A stretch of 64,000 nt of DNA. It comes from Hydrolagus colliei (taxonomy: Eukaryota). A program made the position numbers and the translations under genes. The notes under the pieces were generated by a model. That model was not told the origin of the DNA. It did no database searches and worked only from the letters and a program-made list of their open reading frames with translations. The stretch covers positions 6,820,001 to 6,884,000 of the forward strand of contig CM068762.1 of assembly GCA_035084275.1 (NCBI GenBank). Reading direction: 5' to 3'. Below, piece after piece: positions 33,647 to 47,953 of this stretch; positions within the stretch are counted from its first letter, which is position 1, and each line of letters begins with the position of its first letter.

Positions 33647-36600
33647 ACAGACATTCAGAATTGAATTATTTAAATTTGAGGTGAGTTTTTTTTTAAGAAC
33701 AAAGCATTACTTCCTCACCTACAAATCACATCATGTCCTCTGCAATCAGCCTCCTCTTTGCCTGGTTCAGACTGCACCTGATGACTTTCCTCTTCAACCA
33801 TGCCTTTGCTCACTTCCGCCATGCTCAGCTTCAAACTACAACATTGTTACATGCTCCAAGATGCCACCCAGCGTGAAGGGCACAATATCAATCCAAGTTG
33901 TTGGTGTTGAATTGTCGAGTCCATGTGTTTGTTGGTGAGTCTGGAACAAAGGGGGCGTGAATGTACGAGAGCCGATAGCAGATCTTAAAAAGGAGTTTAG
34001 GAGGAAATTCTTGAGTGACAACTTTTATTCAGGTCAGAGTCCACACGCCCCAATCCTCTTCAGGTACAGACCGAGGCCCCTTTGGAATGGTCCCCTTGGA
34101 ATAGTAGGCCTCCATATTTCCAGTCCCAAAGTCTGGTACAATATTCATTGCGTTCTTGGTCGGCTAAACCAAAAACAGCTTTCAGTGAAAGTAAGACTTT
34201 GTGGTCTCTCTGAAGTTAGATCATTCCATACATTTAACGGGCAATTTGTGCCAAATAAAACCGAACTGAGTAAACGATTTTGAACGTTTCATCTCTATGC
34301 AGTCAATTATTTTCGAAAGCACAGAAAGCCAATCGTACCCACATATGGGACCATTCAGTTGTCTAGAAATAACTTGCACCACTTTACGCCCTGTTTTATT
34401 ACTATTATTATTATTATTACTATTAAGTGAAGGTTTGATCTGACCGCCATTGCTGTTCCTGTTTTTCGTCAGGCGGGCATCCGACACCTGCGAAAACCCA
34501 TCACTATGCTTAAGAGTCTCCAAACCAAACTAAGAATTCCATTGATCCCAGTTACGCATGGAAATCACTGAGATGGATTGCTTGAATTGAAAGCGCACTC
34601 TCTCCCTGGAGGGACTCGTTCTGCTTACCTAATTCTGGAAAGTATTAGATCCAGGCTGGCAATGCAAGAGTGTACATTGGGGTACTGCCAGAGTCTAACC
34701 AACTAAAACCGCACAGCTTGTCATTGATATTGTTGATACAAGTCGAGCCGTAGTCATAGAACCATAGAAATTACAGCAGAGAAGAAAGCCCATTCGACCC
34801 ATTGTGTAGTGCTGCCTCTTTTATAGAGCAATCTTTTCAGCCCCATTTGCCTACCATTCTGTTTACCTGCTGTTTAGATGCTTATCTAGTTCCATTTTGA
34901 AACTAACATGGATTCTGCCTCCTCTCCATATACAAAGCAGTTAGTGTGTGTGAGGAAATTTCTCCTTTGTTAGGTGTTACTCTTAATGCAAGTCTCTTTT
35001 AGGTGCTGTGCTCACTAATGGTCAATCAATCCTTGTGTTATCAGTTCTTATTCTGCCCTCCCCCCCACCCGTGTCCTCAGCTCGGGTCTGAAGCAGTGAC
35101 TGTCCAGTGCCTTGGGACTTCCTCCTGACGTGAAAGGCGCTATACAAGTGTAATTTTGTTGTTGTTGTTATGATTCTATTTGTCGAATTCATCTCTTCAG
35201 CATTGCTGGTGCGTGGAAAAACAGAATAGTCTGAATAATAGTTTGGATGGTCAAGCTCCCAGCCGACGCACCCCCAAAAAAATCTCCTGGTTAAAAAAAG
35301 CAGGAAAAGTTTTGTTCTGTGGATATTTTTTCTCAACATGGTGGGGACTGTGCGTCAGTGTGACCCATCGATTATTTTTTTTAATTAAAAAAATGTGCTT
35401 CAAGATGTAAGATGCAGATTGAATAATGAGCTCTAATTACCTACGTAAGCTTTAAGACTACATTTTGCCAAACAAATCCAGCTAGCTTGATAAATAAAGG
35501 TGTGCACAGGAGCCCCAATGGGTAACGTGAGGGCACCGTTGACTATGTCTGCAGCAATATCCTTTCACTCAAGAGCAACAGGCAAAATAGTGTTTTTTTT
35601 AATTGATTTGGCTACACATCTAAATCTGCAAAGCCTTTGTGATGTATTTGCTGTGTGAAAATTAATCATCGATTTACGTACCGGAATGACCACTTGAGCA
35701 CAAAAAATCAGCCTTTTTTAAAATTCTTTCTTTTCGCTCCCCACCCTCGATGGAATATTGCTGGTGGGGAAAAATGTGTATTCAATTTCCAAGTGCTTCT
35801 GCTTTGTCAGATTTAGAATTAAACTGAAGCTTGGCAGATGTTGCGTGGAAAGCGACTTTGGGGCTTGAAGGGTTAAATTTCTGCCTTGTGTTAAAGGGTT
35901 TGAGCAGAGTATGTATCGCCACATCCATGACAAGAGCGACCACCCACCACTGATTGTCTGTAATGCGTTTTATTCTGCACACTGCGATTGTAACAGGGAA
36001 CAGAGGCGAAGAAAAGTCTCCACAGAAGCTGAGGCACAGGAGATTGAGTTCAGCCGTCCTTCAGTCGAGATGGCGAACCAAGGTTCCGTTCAGGTGGATG
36101 TTTAAGGTCCAAAGGCACTGTTTGAAATGAGAAGGCGGTGTGTCTACCATTGCCGTGGCTGTTTGTGGGACACAGCTGTGCGCAAATCTTGAATGCGTAT
36201 TAGCCTAAAAAAACACAATCACTACAGTTTCCAGTGATTCCCGTGAGGTGTTTTGAGAAGACCTTTTTTAAAGTGAAAGGCAGTGTGTCAAACACAAGGA
36301 TTCTTTTATTGTTATAACAGATCTGTGACTGTTGTATCGCTTCTCACAGCGTGAGCTCCAACTAATTAATCCAAGCTGAAACTCGGAGAGTTTATTCTGT
36401 TCTGTAGACTTTTTTGACTGTTTGTTAAAAAACATATGAACCCAATAAAAAAGCAATAACCATTCATCTACATCATTCACCCATGCCAGAATCTGCCCTT
36501 AAGTAGCTTTTCCCCTCCCGTCATAAATACAGGGAGAGCGCAGAGTGCCTATTCACAAATTAAAATGTACAAAACAACACAACATCTTTATAAGCATTAC

Positions 36601-37924
36601 AAAAATTTGGTAGGTCGAACTACTGGGCAAATATGAATATGGGTGAAAGCCAAAGGCCATTGAACAGTGTGACGGATATACATTGTGTGACTGAGGCATA
36701 AGTCAGGAGTTTTAAGATTTTTGTTCACAGCTCAAACTTCAGAAACTATAAAATAGTTTGACAACTTGTAGTCCTTCAAATAAGGTACAGACCTTATTTC
36801 TTTGCACCCAAGCCTTCTCAGTTCAGTTTGATATCTTAAGACTCAAATTATTGTTACTCTACTGTTCTCTTCAACTCACAATCTCCACTGAAGTATTCGG
36901 ACTTTATCAGTTATACGATTGTAACCTTGTTGACCTGTTCTTTATTGATAAAATCTCTTTCTGACGCTATTATGTTCTGGACGATATGAAGTTAAAGTGT
37001 ATTTCAAGTTCAGCTTCTACTGGACAAGGAAATTTATGGAACTTTTATGAACACTATTATATTTTATAACTTAGATCTAGATTGTGTAGCGATGGCATCA
37101 ATTAGATCCATGGAATTATATAGACTGTTACAGCACAGAAAAAGGTGACCGAAAGCGGGGTCAAAAAGAAAGGTTTTTCGCCAAGATTTAGCCTGAAAGT
37201 AGGAAGAGAGGGGGGTGGGCGAGGCGAAGGGAGTTCCAGAACTATGAGGAAGTTCCTCTTAAACAGATCTGCAACTGACTTGTGTTCGTGTGTCCTTCAT
37301 TTGTTTCCGAATGAGTGGGAGCAGTTTATTTATATCAACCTAATCAAATAATGTTAAACACAGTGACTCACAAGAGAGACTGTAAGGGGATGTCGCTGTG
37401 TATATTTTGTGGGCAAACAAGGCAAGCAATTGGTGCACAACAATGTCCCTCAAATAGCCATGGAGTGAGTGACCAATTTTATTTGGGAGATTGTTGGCCG
37501 AGACACTTCGTTTCTCTTTTGAAATAGTGCAATCGGATGGTTCATGCCCACTGAACACACAGATAGAACTACAGGATAATGTGTCATCTGAAGGATGGCA
37601 TCTCCGACCCCTAGGAGTGCACTGGACTGTCAGCGTAGACTATGTGAGTTCATTGTCCACTAAGTAATAAAAGCTGATGTCGTGTGCAGATTGTAAATAG
37701 AACAGAATTTCTGTGATATCATTTAGCTGAAGTCATAGCAGGAAAATCCAGGAGCCCTAACTAAGTGAACAAAGAGCCCTTTAACCAAAGGAATAGAACA
37801 AGATGAGAACAGATCAGAGGGTAGAAAGAGTAACATTTAAAATAAAATATGAGTAATATTTTAATATAAATAAATCATTTAACTATTGGGATTTATTTCC
37901 CTTTCAAACATTAATGGATCGAAT

Positions 37925-38248
37925 GTCCTGCAGCATATTGGTTAGTGCATTTGTCTCACAAGTGACAGAACCTGAGTTCGATTCCCAGGCAGGGCTAAAC
38001 CTTAGGCAAGTTTCACATGCCTCTTTATCTAGCAGTCAGTAGAAACCCAGTCCGGGAGTAATAATCCCTCCACAAAAAATTGGTCAGTCAATCCACGACT
38101 GTTTGTGGGGCCCTGAGGTGCGCAATTAGCTGCCACGGTTCACCCACAAAATACACAATCAAACCATTTTCCAATGGTGTGAAGCGCTTTGAGACATCTC
38201 AATGATGTGATAAGATGCTGCATCAAATGCAAGGATTATTATTATTAT
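37925..38248 (+). mobile_element. tRNA-derived SINE, near full length
   Basis: B box gagttcgattccc, family core and tail. Confidence 0.8.
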
Positions 38249-40936
38249 AATACAAATTACATTCACATCAGGCAGGCGCCCCAATCGTATTATTATTATC
38301 ATCATCATCATCATCATCAAACAACCAGAATCTGGGAGGACAGTTCAAAGGCCCACACAAGCATTTAGCAATTTGCTTTACATGGGATCAGTTCTGATCA
38401 GGAATGGCATTTTGCTTGAAGATTGTTTGCAATTCACAATGGAAGTGTAGGATTCAGCTGGCAGAAATTAACTTGCTTGACAGAGAATACGAGATGTCTG
38501 TGTTTATGCAATTAAAATAGCTATCTTCATAATTTAAAGGGAAAAAAGTCACAACATAAAGAATTATTGCGAACAACTGGAATTATTGTATCATGCCCAA
38601 AATATAAACACAGCTGCATTTTCAATCCCTTTCCGCCTGGAATCACAATATACAATTTGTCCCTCTCCATTTGTACAAGATTTCATCATGTAATATTGGT
38701 ATTAAATCAGTCTCGAACACTGTGGAATAGCAGAATTCAAGGATTATTCATAGGTTTTCTCTTCTAGGTTTTGAGTAACAATTTGGTGGTTTTGTTTCCC
38801 TTGAGCTATTTTATCAACATTCCTTATTTTTCACTAAGCATTGTGTCTCCATGCTTCCAGCCCTGTGCCACAAAGCTTGGGAACTCTCTACCCTCTGCTT
38901 GCTTGCTCCCTCACTTCCCCTCGAAGCCCTCCCGTCCTCTTCAACCTCCTCCCTCCACCCGGGTAGTCGACAGACTGCCCTGTTAAGCACTCCAAACCTT
39001 TGTCCTGCATCAAGACCACCATTTCAATGCACGTTGCTGTTGGTTGACTTCAAATCCTGGCAGATGTTCAGTGTTAAAACCACTGCTGTATTAAGAACTC
39101 GTTAAAGAGATTAATAAGGACCCATGGTTCAGACTATAAAAAGGCATTGAAATTCGGATTTGGACCAGAATATGAGGTTTTCCCTCCATGCTAATCAGCA
39201 TTTCCGAATTGAGGCATTGCCATGCACAAATTGACTGTTGTGTTTGCCCACAAACACACGGTCACTAAATTCTACAGTAAATTCTGCGAAGTGTTTCGAG
39301 CTATTATGATGGCATGATAAGGCGATCTATCAAATGCAAGGATTATTATTTATTATTGTTGATTAACGCAGTCTAGAGTTGACTTGTTATCGCGTAAGGA
39401 ATTTATAGAGTATTTTTTATTGCAGTGCAATTGGCAGTTTATCATGTGCTATGTTTGTTTCATAAATATTTGGACCTTGCACAAAACACTACCTCCGATA
39501 CTGAACAACAGAAAGAGCTGATGTGTACGGCACGCCTTAACAGTGCAAGGCATGATTCGTGCCTCATAATCTGCGTTTCATTTGGAGCCTTCAAATGTTT
39601 AGCAACAGACAATTGCTTTGACAGAATGCACACAACAGAATTACTGCTCTGCTGTTCTCAGGAATAGTTACAAGGCCACAAGATTTGTTTGGATGAAGAA
39701 GGATATGTGGCCCATTTAATTTTCCCCTGCCAAACACTCACCCAACTGTCCTGGCCTCACCCACCCTTCCTAGCAACGGTTGTTGGTTTGAGTAAAGTAA
39801 AAAGTCCTGATGTCTGTCCTGAAAAAACAACACAAAATTACATTTGTATAGCCCCTTTCATGTCGGGTGGATGTCCCAAGGCACTGAACAGTCACTATTT
39901 CATTGAATTGGTGCTATGTTTCTTGTGTCACAAATACCTATCAGCAAATGTGATAGAATCTTCAACCCTGCCCTCCACCCTCCCTGAATCCAACAACACC
40001 TCTGCCAGCTTGGGTAGAAATTCCTGACTCTCCAGCATCTTGGAATGCCCCCCACCCCCCACCACCACACACACCGACATGAACATCAACAACAACAACA
40101 AAATTACATTCATAGAGCGCCTTTCACGTCGGGAGGACAAATATAATTTTGCATTGTATTATATTGTAGAATCAGTGATCAAAAAGTTGGTTCAGATAAA
40201 CAAAGCCACCTGGTCTCATCCACCCAGGACACCCAACCTACTGTCCTCCCATCGCATCATCAAGCTGCTTTGGAAAACCAAAAACCACAAAACACCAGAT
40301 GAGATTATCAAATGGATCAACCCAAAACACCTTCCATGTCTGCCTGAACGAACAAACCGAACCCCGCGTACGTCAGACGCAAAATATTTCCAAATGTTCC
40401 CGCGCGCTGCCAGCCTTGTGTACTCCAAACTCAAAATTGTTTTGTTAAAAGATATAAATATTTGGGCAAGCAAAACATTCCCAGATTGTTTTAATGTGAT
40501 GTTATTTTTCCTGTTAAAATTTGTTTATGAGAAAAAGATGACACATATCAAGAATTGACCGCCCACTCCCCCAAATATATTCTTCCCCTCTTCCCTTTCC
40601 AAAATGTGGTGGGCGCTCTAAATGAGACGCCCTTTGCTTGAGGGTGCTCAGTGTTTGCTAAACTCAGCACACGACCGATAATTAATACATGCGAAGTTTG
40701 CTTGATCTCTTCTGATTCCAATTTCGCGATCGAAAATGATTCAACCTGGGAGTCCGAGTACAAAATAAACATTCCCGATATAAACCTCCAGCTGAGGAGT
40801 GCGACATATGATGTTAACTGCAGCAACAAACAAAAAAAAACTAGGCATGATATGATCTCAGTAGCTAAATCAGCAGTGTTGCGCTTCTGATGATTTGATT
40901 TAAATAGTGGCACTTCCTAAAGCGAAACGCACCTTT

Positions 40937-41114
40937 CATAGAATCATAGAATCATAGAATTTTACGGCACAAAAGGAGGCCATTCGGCCCATCTAGTCTG
41001 TGCCGGCTCTTTGAAAAGAGCGATTCAATACCACTGCCCCGCCCGCTCCCCATAGCCTAATAGACCCGTTCTCCCTAAATAAAGATCTAATTCCCTTTTA
41101 AAAGTTGTTATCGA
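40937..41114 (-). mobile_element. CR1 3' end, same young family as 13451-13944
   Basis: Reverse complement matches about 13757-13940 with two substitutions seen by eye, including the (ATTCTATG)n tail. Confidence 0.92.
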
Positions 41115-42581
41115 GCAGTTGGTGGATGAGAAGGGATGGAGGCTCGTATTGAGTGTGAACACACGTGGACTATTTGAGCCACGACTTGTTTCCATGCTGT
41201 AACGTCCTATCTAATTCTATGTGTGGACTATTTTTTTCGGCAACTAATTTTAGTTCCGAAATTTATTTTGAAAAAATACTCTTGTTAAAGAAAATTGGAG
41301 CTATGACAGTTTGGATACCAGATAAGGTACTAATACTGCGCTTCTTATTATGCCAAAAAAAACACTAACTTGCTGCTGGACGATTATATTGGTATTTGCT
41401 CTGCTATTTTGTGGCCTCGTGCTTTCCCTTCATCTGATGTCACCATTCTCTCAGTCACTGTGGGTGGGATAATCTGAGCTGTGGGCTACTCAATGGCCAC
41501 GATTGATGATGTACCGCAGTTTGCTGGTAGATAATGTATTCCTGCAAAGCAGCGCTGGGTTCTGAGAATCTATAGTTCTTATTTTTCTTTTAGGAAATAA
41601 CATTATAAAATGTAGTACTGTACATAGAATAGTTCGGGTTACGCTGGGAAGGTGGAAGGCAAACTCGATAGACCTTGTTCTTTTTTCGTCCAGCAGTTCT
41701 TATGTTCTTATACTCTCTCTCTCAAATGGAACTCTCTCTCGTTCACATAGTTTAACGTTGATGCTAAGTCAGTGTGCCTGGTTTAGTGGATGCTAAAGAT
41801 CCAATGGCATTGTTTGAAATCAGAAGAAAGATTCTCCCTGTGTCCTGGCCAGCAATCCCCATTGATAACATTTATCGGTCACTTTATGGCTGTTTATGGG
41901 ACATGGCTATGTGAAAATCGGCTGCCTTGTTCATCGACAAAGAGAGTCACTACAGTTCACAGATGTCTCAATGCACATCATAGAAGTGACACGATGAGAT
42001 GCTTTAGCAAATGCAAGGGTTATTATTATTATCATCATCAATATTATTAATCAACTACAACAACAACTTGGATTTATATAGTTCGCTCCACGTCGGAGAG
42101 AGTCTCAGAGCACTTCACAGTAACGGATCCCAGGTCCGAGCCAGGGGGAGGTGGAACAAGTTGACCAAGGGTGCGGTCGAAAAGAAAGATGCCTTCAGAA
42201 TTATTCTTACCATTGGTGAGCGCAAGGGCTGCAGCTTATTCACAGCAGTGTGGTGCTAGAAAACTGTTTGTTATTTAGTGCTTGAGTGGAAGCCAGACAG
42301 CTGCTAGACTTTAAGCCGTGAGTGCATTCTGTAACACCCATGTAAGGAACAGAAATTGTTCCATGAATTATATCATATCATATCTCTCGGGGGTTGTCTC
42401 CTAGGCTGAACAATTTAATAAGAATCTGAGAATCTGCTCAATCAGCCACCAAACAATACAAAATTACATTTGTGTAATGTCTTTCACATTGGGAGGAAGT
42501 CCCAAGGCGCTGGATATTCAGAAATCTCGATGGGTGGATGAGGGGTGTGGGAGTGGGGGAGTGGGGGAGTGGGGGAGGGTG

Positions 42582-42715
42582 GAGGAGCAGGAGTAGGCCA
42601 TTCAGCCCCTTGAGCCTGCTCCACTATTCATAAGATCATGGCTGATCTACAAATCTAACTCCACCTGCCAGCCTTATCCCCATATCCATTAATCCCTTTA
42701 TCTGTAAGAAATCTA
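42582..42715 (-). mobile_element. CR1-type 3' end fragment, different subfamily
   Basis: ggagcaggagtaggccattcagccc...gatcatggctgatct...ccttatccccatatcc is the reverse complement of a sequence similar to 53424-53545. Confidence 0.65.
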
Positions 42716-45700
42716 GGATAGGAGGGTGGTCGAAAGCATGGTCATTAGTAATGGGAACTAATGCCTACACAATGTTTGGACTGTGAGGTGTTAAGTCTTA
42801 AATTGCATTGTTTTTCTTTTGTCATGTAGTTAAGTAAATTTGGGGGAAAAATAATAATCGTTTATGAAGTCTTGCATGCTTGTGGTACCCTTCCCAACTG
42901 TACCCAAAAAAAGACAGATGTAAGCCTGAGGATCTTATGGATTTTATATTTCTTGTGTGTTTAGGTAAGCTTCAGGAACATCCAGAGATTTATTGTTGAA
43001 GTTTTAATGGATAAAATGGCGCAAATATTCATACAACTGCTAAAAATAATAATTCATTCAACTGCTAAGCTTCAGCTGTTAATGTCATTGAATGCAAGTG
43101 CTTGTCTCAACCGAATGTATTTTCTCCCCTCTGCGATCCTTTATCAAGGAGTCCTGTAAGTACGCGCATTAAATAGGTGATACATTGACAATCCATTCAC
43201 AAGACGACAAGATAGGTTTGGATGTTGAAGGCTCCTTAGCACAACTGATTCCAATACCATCCTTATTGTTCTTCCATCACAGACAACATGAAGCCGTTCC
43301 GTTAAATGTGTCCGGCTGCCTGGCCTCAGCCACTTACCTACCTTTTCCCTCAAAATATTTGCAGGAAATTATAACAACAACTTGTATGTATATAGCGCCC
43401 CTCATGCAGGGTCAGGTCCCAAGAGCGCTGACTGCTCGGTAAATCATACTGGACTGGTGAATCACCACCCCTCATCAATTCCAAATTAAGTGTCAGCCTG
43501 GCTCAGTTGAGAGCAGCCTCACCCCCCAGCCTGACTCAGTTGAGTCAGACGTTTGTAGATTCAAGTTCCCCCAAAACTTTACATGGCCATGTTCGAGCCT
43601 ATTTGTGACTCTGAGCTGACAGCTTAGGCTGACACTATCTTGGTGTGTAAAACACCGCATTTATTAACGGTGACCTTAATGAAGTCCCCTCTGCTGGTTT
43701 TGAGGTAGAGATCAAATATCCCGTATCACTATTCCAAAAGAGAAGGGAGCTTCTCCCTGTAAGCTGCAGGAACCGTGGCTGTGAGGCACGTGTTTGGGAG
43801 TAATTGTAAAGCCTGAACAAAAGCAGAGGTGCTCGACAAGGAAACCACCTGTTTGTGTGATTCACTGGCGCGATAACTGAGTCTTGGTGGAACACGTATG
43901 GTCAAAAAGAGTCAACAAATCTACTCAGTGTGACATTTGCTCTTTGCAATGGAGGGGATAAGCTGGGTGCCTTTGGCACTGACCCGACAATGGGTCGGAG
44001 GATTCAAGGGCAAATGAAGGGAAGGCTACAAGAACAGCAGAGTAGCAATATGCCTTTTGGGAGGAGGTGGGGGGGAATATTTAAGCAATCTGTACTGACT
44101 AAGATAAAGTAAATGCCACTGTTCAAATGATTTGTATATCCAAACTCCCACACACACACACACACACAAACAAATACATGCACCTGTTATTTGTTATTAT
44201 CTAGGTTAGGAGGGTTTTTATTCACACTTTTTATATGATGCTATAAATAGCTTGTTCAACCTTGTACTTTGTTTTGGATGTGCAGTACATAATGTGGGCG
44301 AAACCCACAGTACACTAAATCTACTGTCAATTTGCTTTTCAGTATAATTCCGTGAAGCGCTTTGAGACGTCTCGAAGATGTGATAAGGGGCTATTTCAAA
44401 TGCAAGTATTATTTTATTCAACTTGTGATGTGTGCCGATTTACCAAGCCACCAAACCACCAAATACACACTGTTACCCAATCAAAACGATTCAGAGAGTC
44501 CATTCACAATTTCTACTGTCACATACGGAATTTAAAAAAAATTATTTTGCTCTCTTTCATACTTGTGATGTATTTTCTCCTCGTCTTTGACAAACCCACA
44601 AACATTCCATTGTTTGTGGGGAACTGCTGTGTGCAATTGGCTGCCACGTTTCGTCCACAAAATCTATTTACTTTACAGCATATTCTGTGAAGAGCTTTGA
44701 GGTGTCCAGAAGACCTGATAAGACGCTATATGAAATGCAAGGAGTATTATTATTATTATTATTATTAACATTGGCTCTGTGTATCCTCTTGGGTGAGTAA
44801 AGTACATTCCAAATGGCTAGTGGTAAATGACTGATATGCTGACGAGTAATCTATTTCATATTAAAACCGTAATGTTTCAGATCCTGAACGCACACGCATC
44901 TCAGTTTCTTTGGCAATGGCTCCCGTCGCCTTAACTTATGATTTCATGTTGGGAGTTGCAGGGTTAGCCTTGGGTGGAAACAATAGTGATGTATTGAAGG
45001 TAAAACTTTTAATGAGGATTCTAAGCTGTGCACATGGGGACTTGTTTTATGTTTGGTCAGCCTGGTACCTGACACATGCGGAAACCATTGCCGTGCTGAA
45101 TAGCGTCCAAACGAGACAGAGCATTCCTCACGTGTGCGCCGCATACACTCAGTCATTTCTCTCTGACTGGAATGGAATGTGCGTTCCCTCTCTCTGGTGG
45201 GACGCACCCTCCTTAACTAATTCCAAACAGTATTAAGCATAGGTTGGCAAGAGCCAGGGCTTGGGGATTGCAGAGTGTGAATTAACTTCCAGCAGGTTTT
45301 ACCAGCTAGAACCTCATGGTCTTTCATCAGCTGTGCCCTTGACTATTGCAGCCCTATGTTACTCACACACTGGTCTACACAACAGAGGGTTGACTCGAAT
45401 CCCACCTTCCGTTACCAAGTGCGAGCTCACTCAACTCCAAACAGTTATGTCTCACTGAATAGACTCCACCAAGTCTTAGCTTGTAAAGCTCTTTTGCGCC
45501 ATTTTCAGATGGGGTAGAATGGTGGAAAATTCCTAAATTGAGTCTTAGTTTGGAAGCCGCTTCTTTTCGAGAATTATCAATCAGGAGCTTTGCATTTGAT
45601 ATCGCGCCTTGTCTCAAAATAGTCCTCGGGATACACTGTGACGTGGATTGACTGCGTATTGGTAGCCAAACATGGCAGCTAGTTTGTGCAAAGCAATGTC

Positions 45701-45897
45701 CCACAAACAGTCAGATGGATCAATATGACCTGGTGGATTATTGTCCAGGACACCAGGAGAGAAAAACTCCCTCTTCTTTTAGATTAACACTAACACCACT
45801 GGATCTTTGATACCCACCTGAACTAGACGGACAGGACATCAGTTTAACATCTCATCTGAAGGAAGGCACCTCCAACAATACCTCAGTGTGGGGGAGA

Positions 45898-45954
45898 GGG
45901 GTGAGGAGAGGGGAGTGGGGTGAGGAGAGGGGAGTGGGGTGAGGCGAGGGGAGT
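45898..45954. repeat. G-rich minisatellite, 19-bp unit x3
   Basis: (GGGGTGAGGAGAGGGGAGT)x3 with one mismatch, embedded in an old SINE remnant. Confidence 0.85.
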
Positions 45955-46203
45955 GGGGGAATGGGGCAGAAGAAGGATATGCTGTGAATACCTGAGAGAC
46001 ACTGCACTACAGCCCGAGCAGAGTCAAGCCAGCAGCTGAATGTACTAAATGATTGTGGTTTTACTCTTACTAAATGCCTGCACTGTACAGTATAATTAAA
46101 CAGGCGCCAACGCCATTCACACTTTAAAAAGTTTCTCTTCATTATGCGATTCAACGTTAAATCTCCCAAATCCTCATCCCTCAAGCCTCCAAATTCCTCA
46201 TCG

Positions 46204-46510
46204 GAATCCTGTAGCTCAGAGCACTCGCCTCATAAGTGAGAGACCTGGGTTCCATTGCCAACAGGGTGGAACCTTGAGCAAGTTTCCTTACACCACATGC
46301 AGATATAATAATCCCTCAAGAAAAAACTCCATTAACAACATTCAATCGACGGCTGTTTGTGAAACACTGCTGTGCGCCATTGGCTGCTGCGTTTCGCCCA
46401 CAAATAGATAGTGAATTCACTTTACAGTACATTCTGTGGAGCGCTTTGAGACGTCTAGAAGATGTGAAAAGCGCGATATCAAATGCAAGGATGATTAGTA
46501 TTATTATTTT
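46204..46510 (+). mobile_element. tRNA-derived SINE, near full length
   Basis: Same family head, core and tail. Confidence 0.83.
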
Positions 46511-47546
46511 TATTCACTTTTCACTCTGAACATGGCTTTCGTTAAATTGAACTTGCTGCATTTCAAGTACAGTCACTAACCACCAAAGGCAACGAAAAAA
46601 AACCGCACGTAATCGGACGCGCTGACAAGTCGGAGTTGGGTTAAAACCCGGATCGGATCCAGCGTTCTTGAAATAAAAACTTTCATTACTACATGTTGCT
46701 TTTGAACTTGGCAAAGGAGATCAACTGGTGATACAGATGTGCTTCACTGGACTTTATTCATTTCACTTTAAATCAGCGTCTCACTGAGCATTTACAGTAA
46801 TCCTTTACAGTTAGTGTAATTGTGGTGGGGTTTATTAAGTTTTTAGCCCTCGACACCCACCCCCCCCCCCACACACACACACACTGTGCTTTTATTTTCC
46901 AATTGTAATGTAATGTTTCGAAGTACAGTGACTGGTAGAGTTAGTGAGTTAATCTTTAACTCTGTTGATGTGTGTGGTTTCCCACCCCCCCTAAAGCACA
47001 CAGTCCTGAATCTGTGCAACTTCACACTGTAATCTATTCCCTGGTGTTTCATTGACTTTTGTGAATTATCTATTACATTGACGAGGGTGTCATATACATA
47101 TACATATAACTAAGCATATGTGTGTGTATATATATATATTCACAAGAACAGTAAATAAAACCACAGGATTGCAAGCAAACGCGTGCTACAATGAGCACCC
47201 CAACACTTTTCAATTGAAAATGATACGACAGTGACACAGTGTCTCACATGTCCATTCAAAGAAAAAAAATACCTTTAATACCTTGAAGCTAAATTCTTAT
47301 CCTTTCTTGTTTAGGAGGAGATTTGGTTTGAGCATTGCTGGTGAAATCTCTTTCCACCCACCCACCCCCTCTCTGTTTCTCTCTCTTCTCTTTTGAACAG
47401 ATTTGTTTTGCCCCCCCCAAAAAAAAAAAAAAAATCTGAGCTCCCCCCCACCCACCAAACGAAAAGAGCTGAAACAGGAGCTAACCCATGTAAACTCCTC
47501 CTCAAACCAGGCAATCATTCCTGCTCCTCCAGCCTCCAGCTCACTG

Positions 47547-47596
47547 GCCAATAAGGACAACGTGCTTATTGGCTTTGCCTGTGCCTGCCTCCCAAT
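47547..47596 (+). promoter_or_regulatory. Candidate proximal promoter of the LGR6-like gene with three CCAAT boxes
   Basis: CCAAT 47548-47552, ATTGG 47568-47572 and CCAAT 47592-47596, about 170-220 bp upstream of the ATG in TE-free sequence. Confidence 0.5.
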
Positions 47597-47768
47597 AGGT
47601 AAATGCTGGAGGAGAAAGCAGAGAGAGACAGACAGACAGAGTTTGCTGAGACCTAAGGCAAGACAGACACGTGTGTGTGTGTGGCAGTAAGTGACATCCA
47701 CTCTTGTGAGCTTGCACAGAGCGACAGAGCCACCAAAGCAACCAGAGCCAGTGAGGGCACCGGTAGGA

Positions 47769-47953
47769 ATGATGCCCATTTGCTGTGGCTTTGCCCTGCT
47801 CCTCGCTGCTGCCCTCGTTGCCTCTGCCACCCCCAGCCCCTCTTGCCCAGCTCACTGCCACTGTGAAGAGGATGGGATCTTGCTGTGGGTGGACTGTTCA
47901 GAACTCGGGCTCGACAACCTGCCTGCAAACCTCAGCCCCTTGACATCCTACCT
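47769..47953 (+). CDS. LGR6: Coding exon 1 of leucine-rich repeat GPCR LGR6 (signal peptide and LRRNT cap); no further exon recognised in the window
   Basis: [62 protein letters not shown] with phase-2 donor CT|gtgagt. Clear LGR4/5/6 N-terminus; EDGI and CSELGL favour LGR6 over LGR5. Confidence 0.85.

Noticed and set aside
47297-47928. Antisense ORFs of up to 177 aa over LGR6 exon 1
   Set aside because: They run through poly-A/poly-C and microsatellite tracts and are explained by the GC-rich sense exon.
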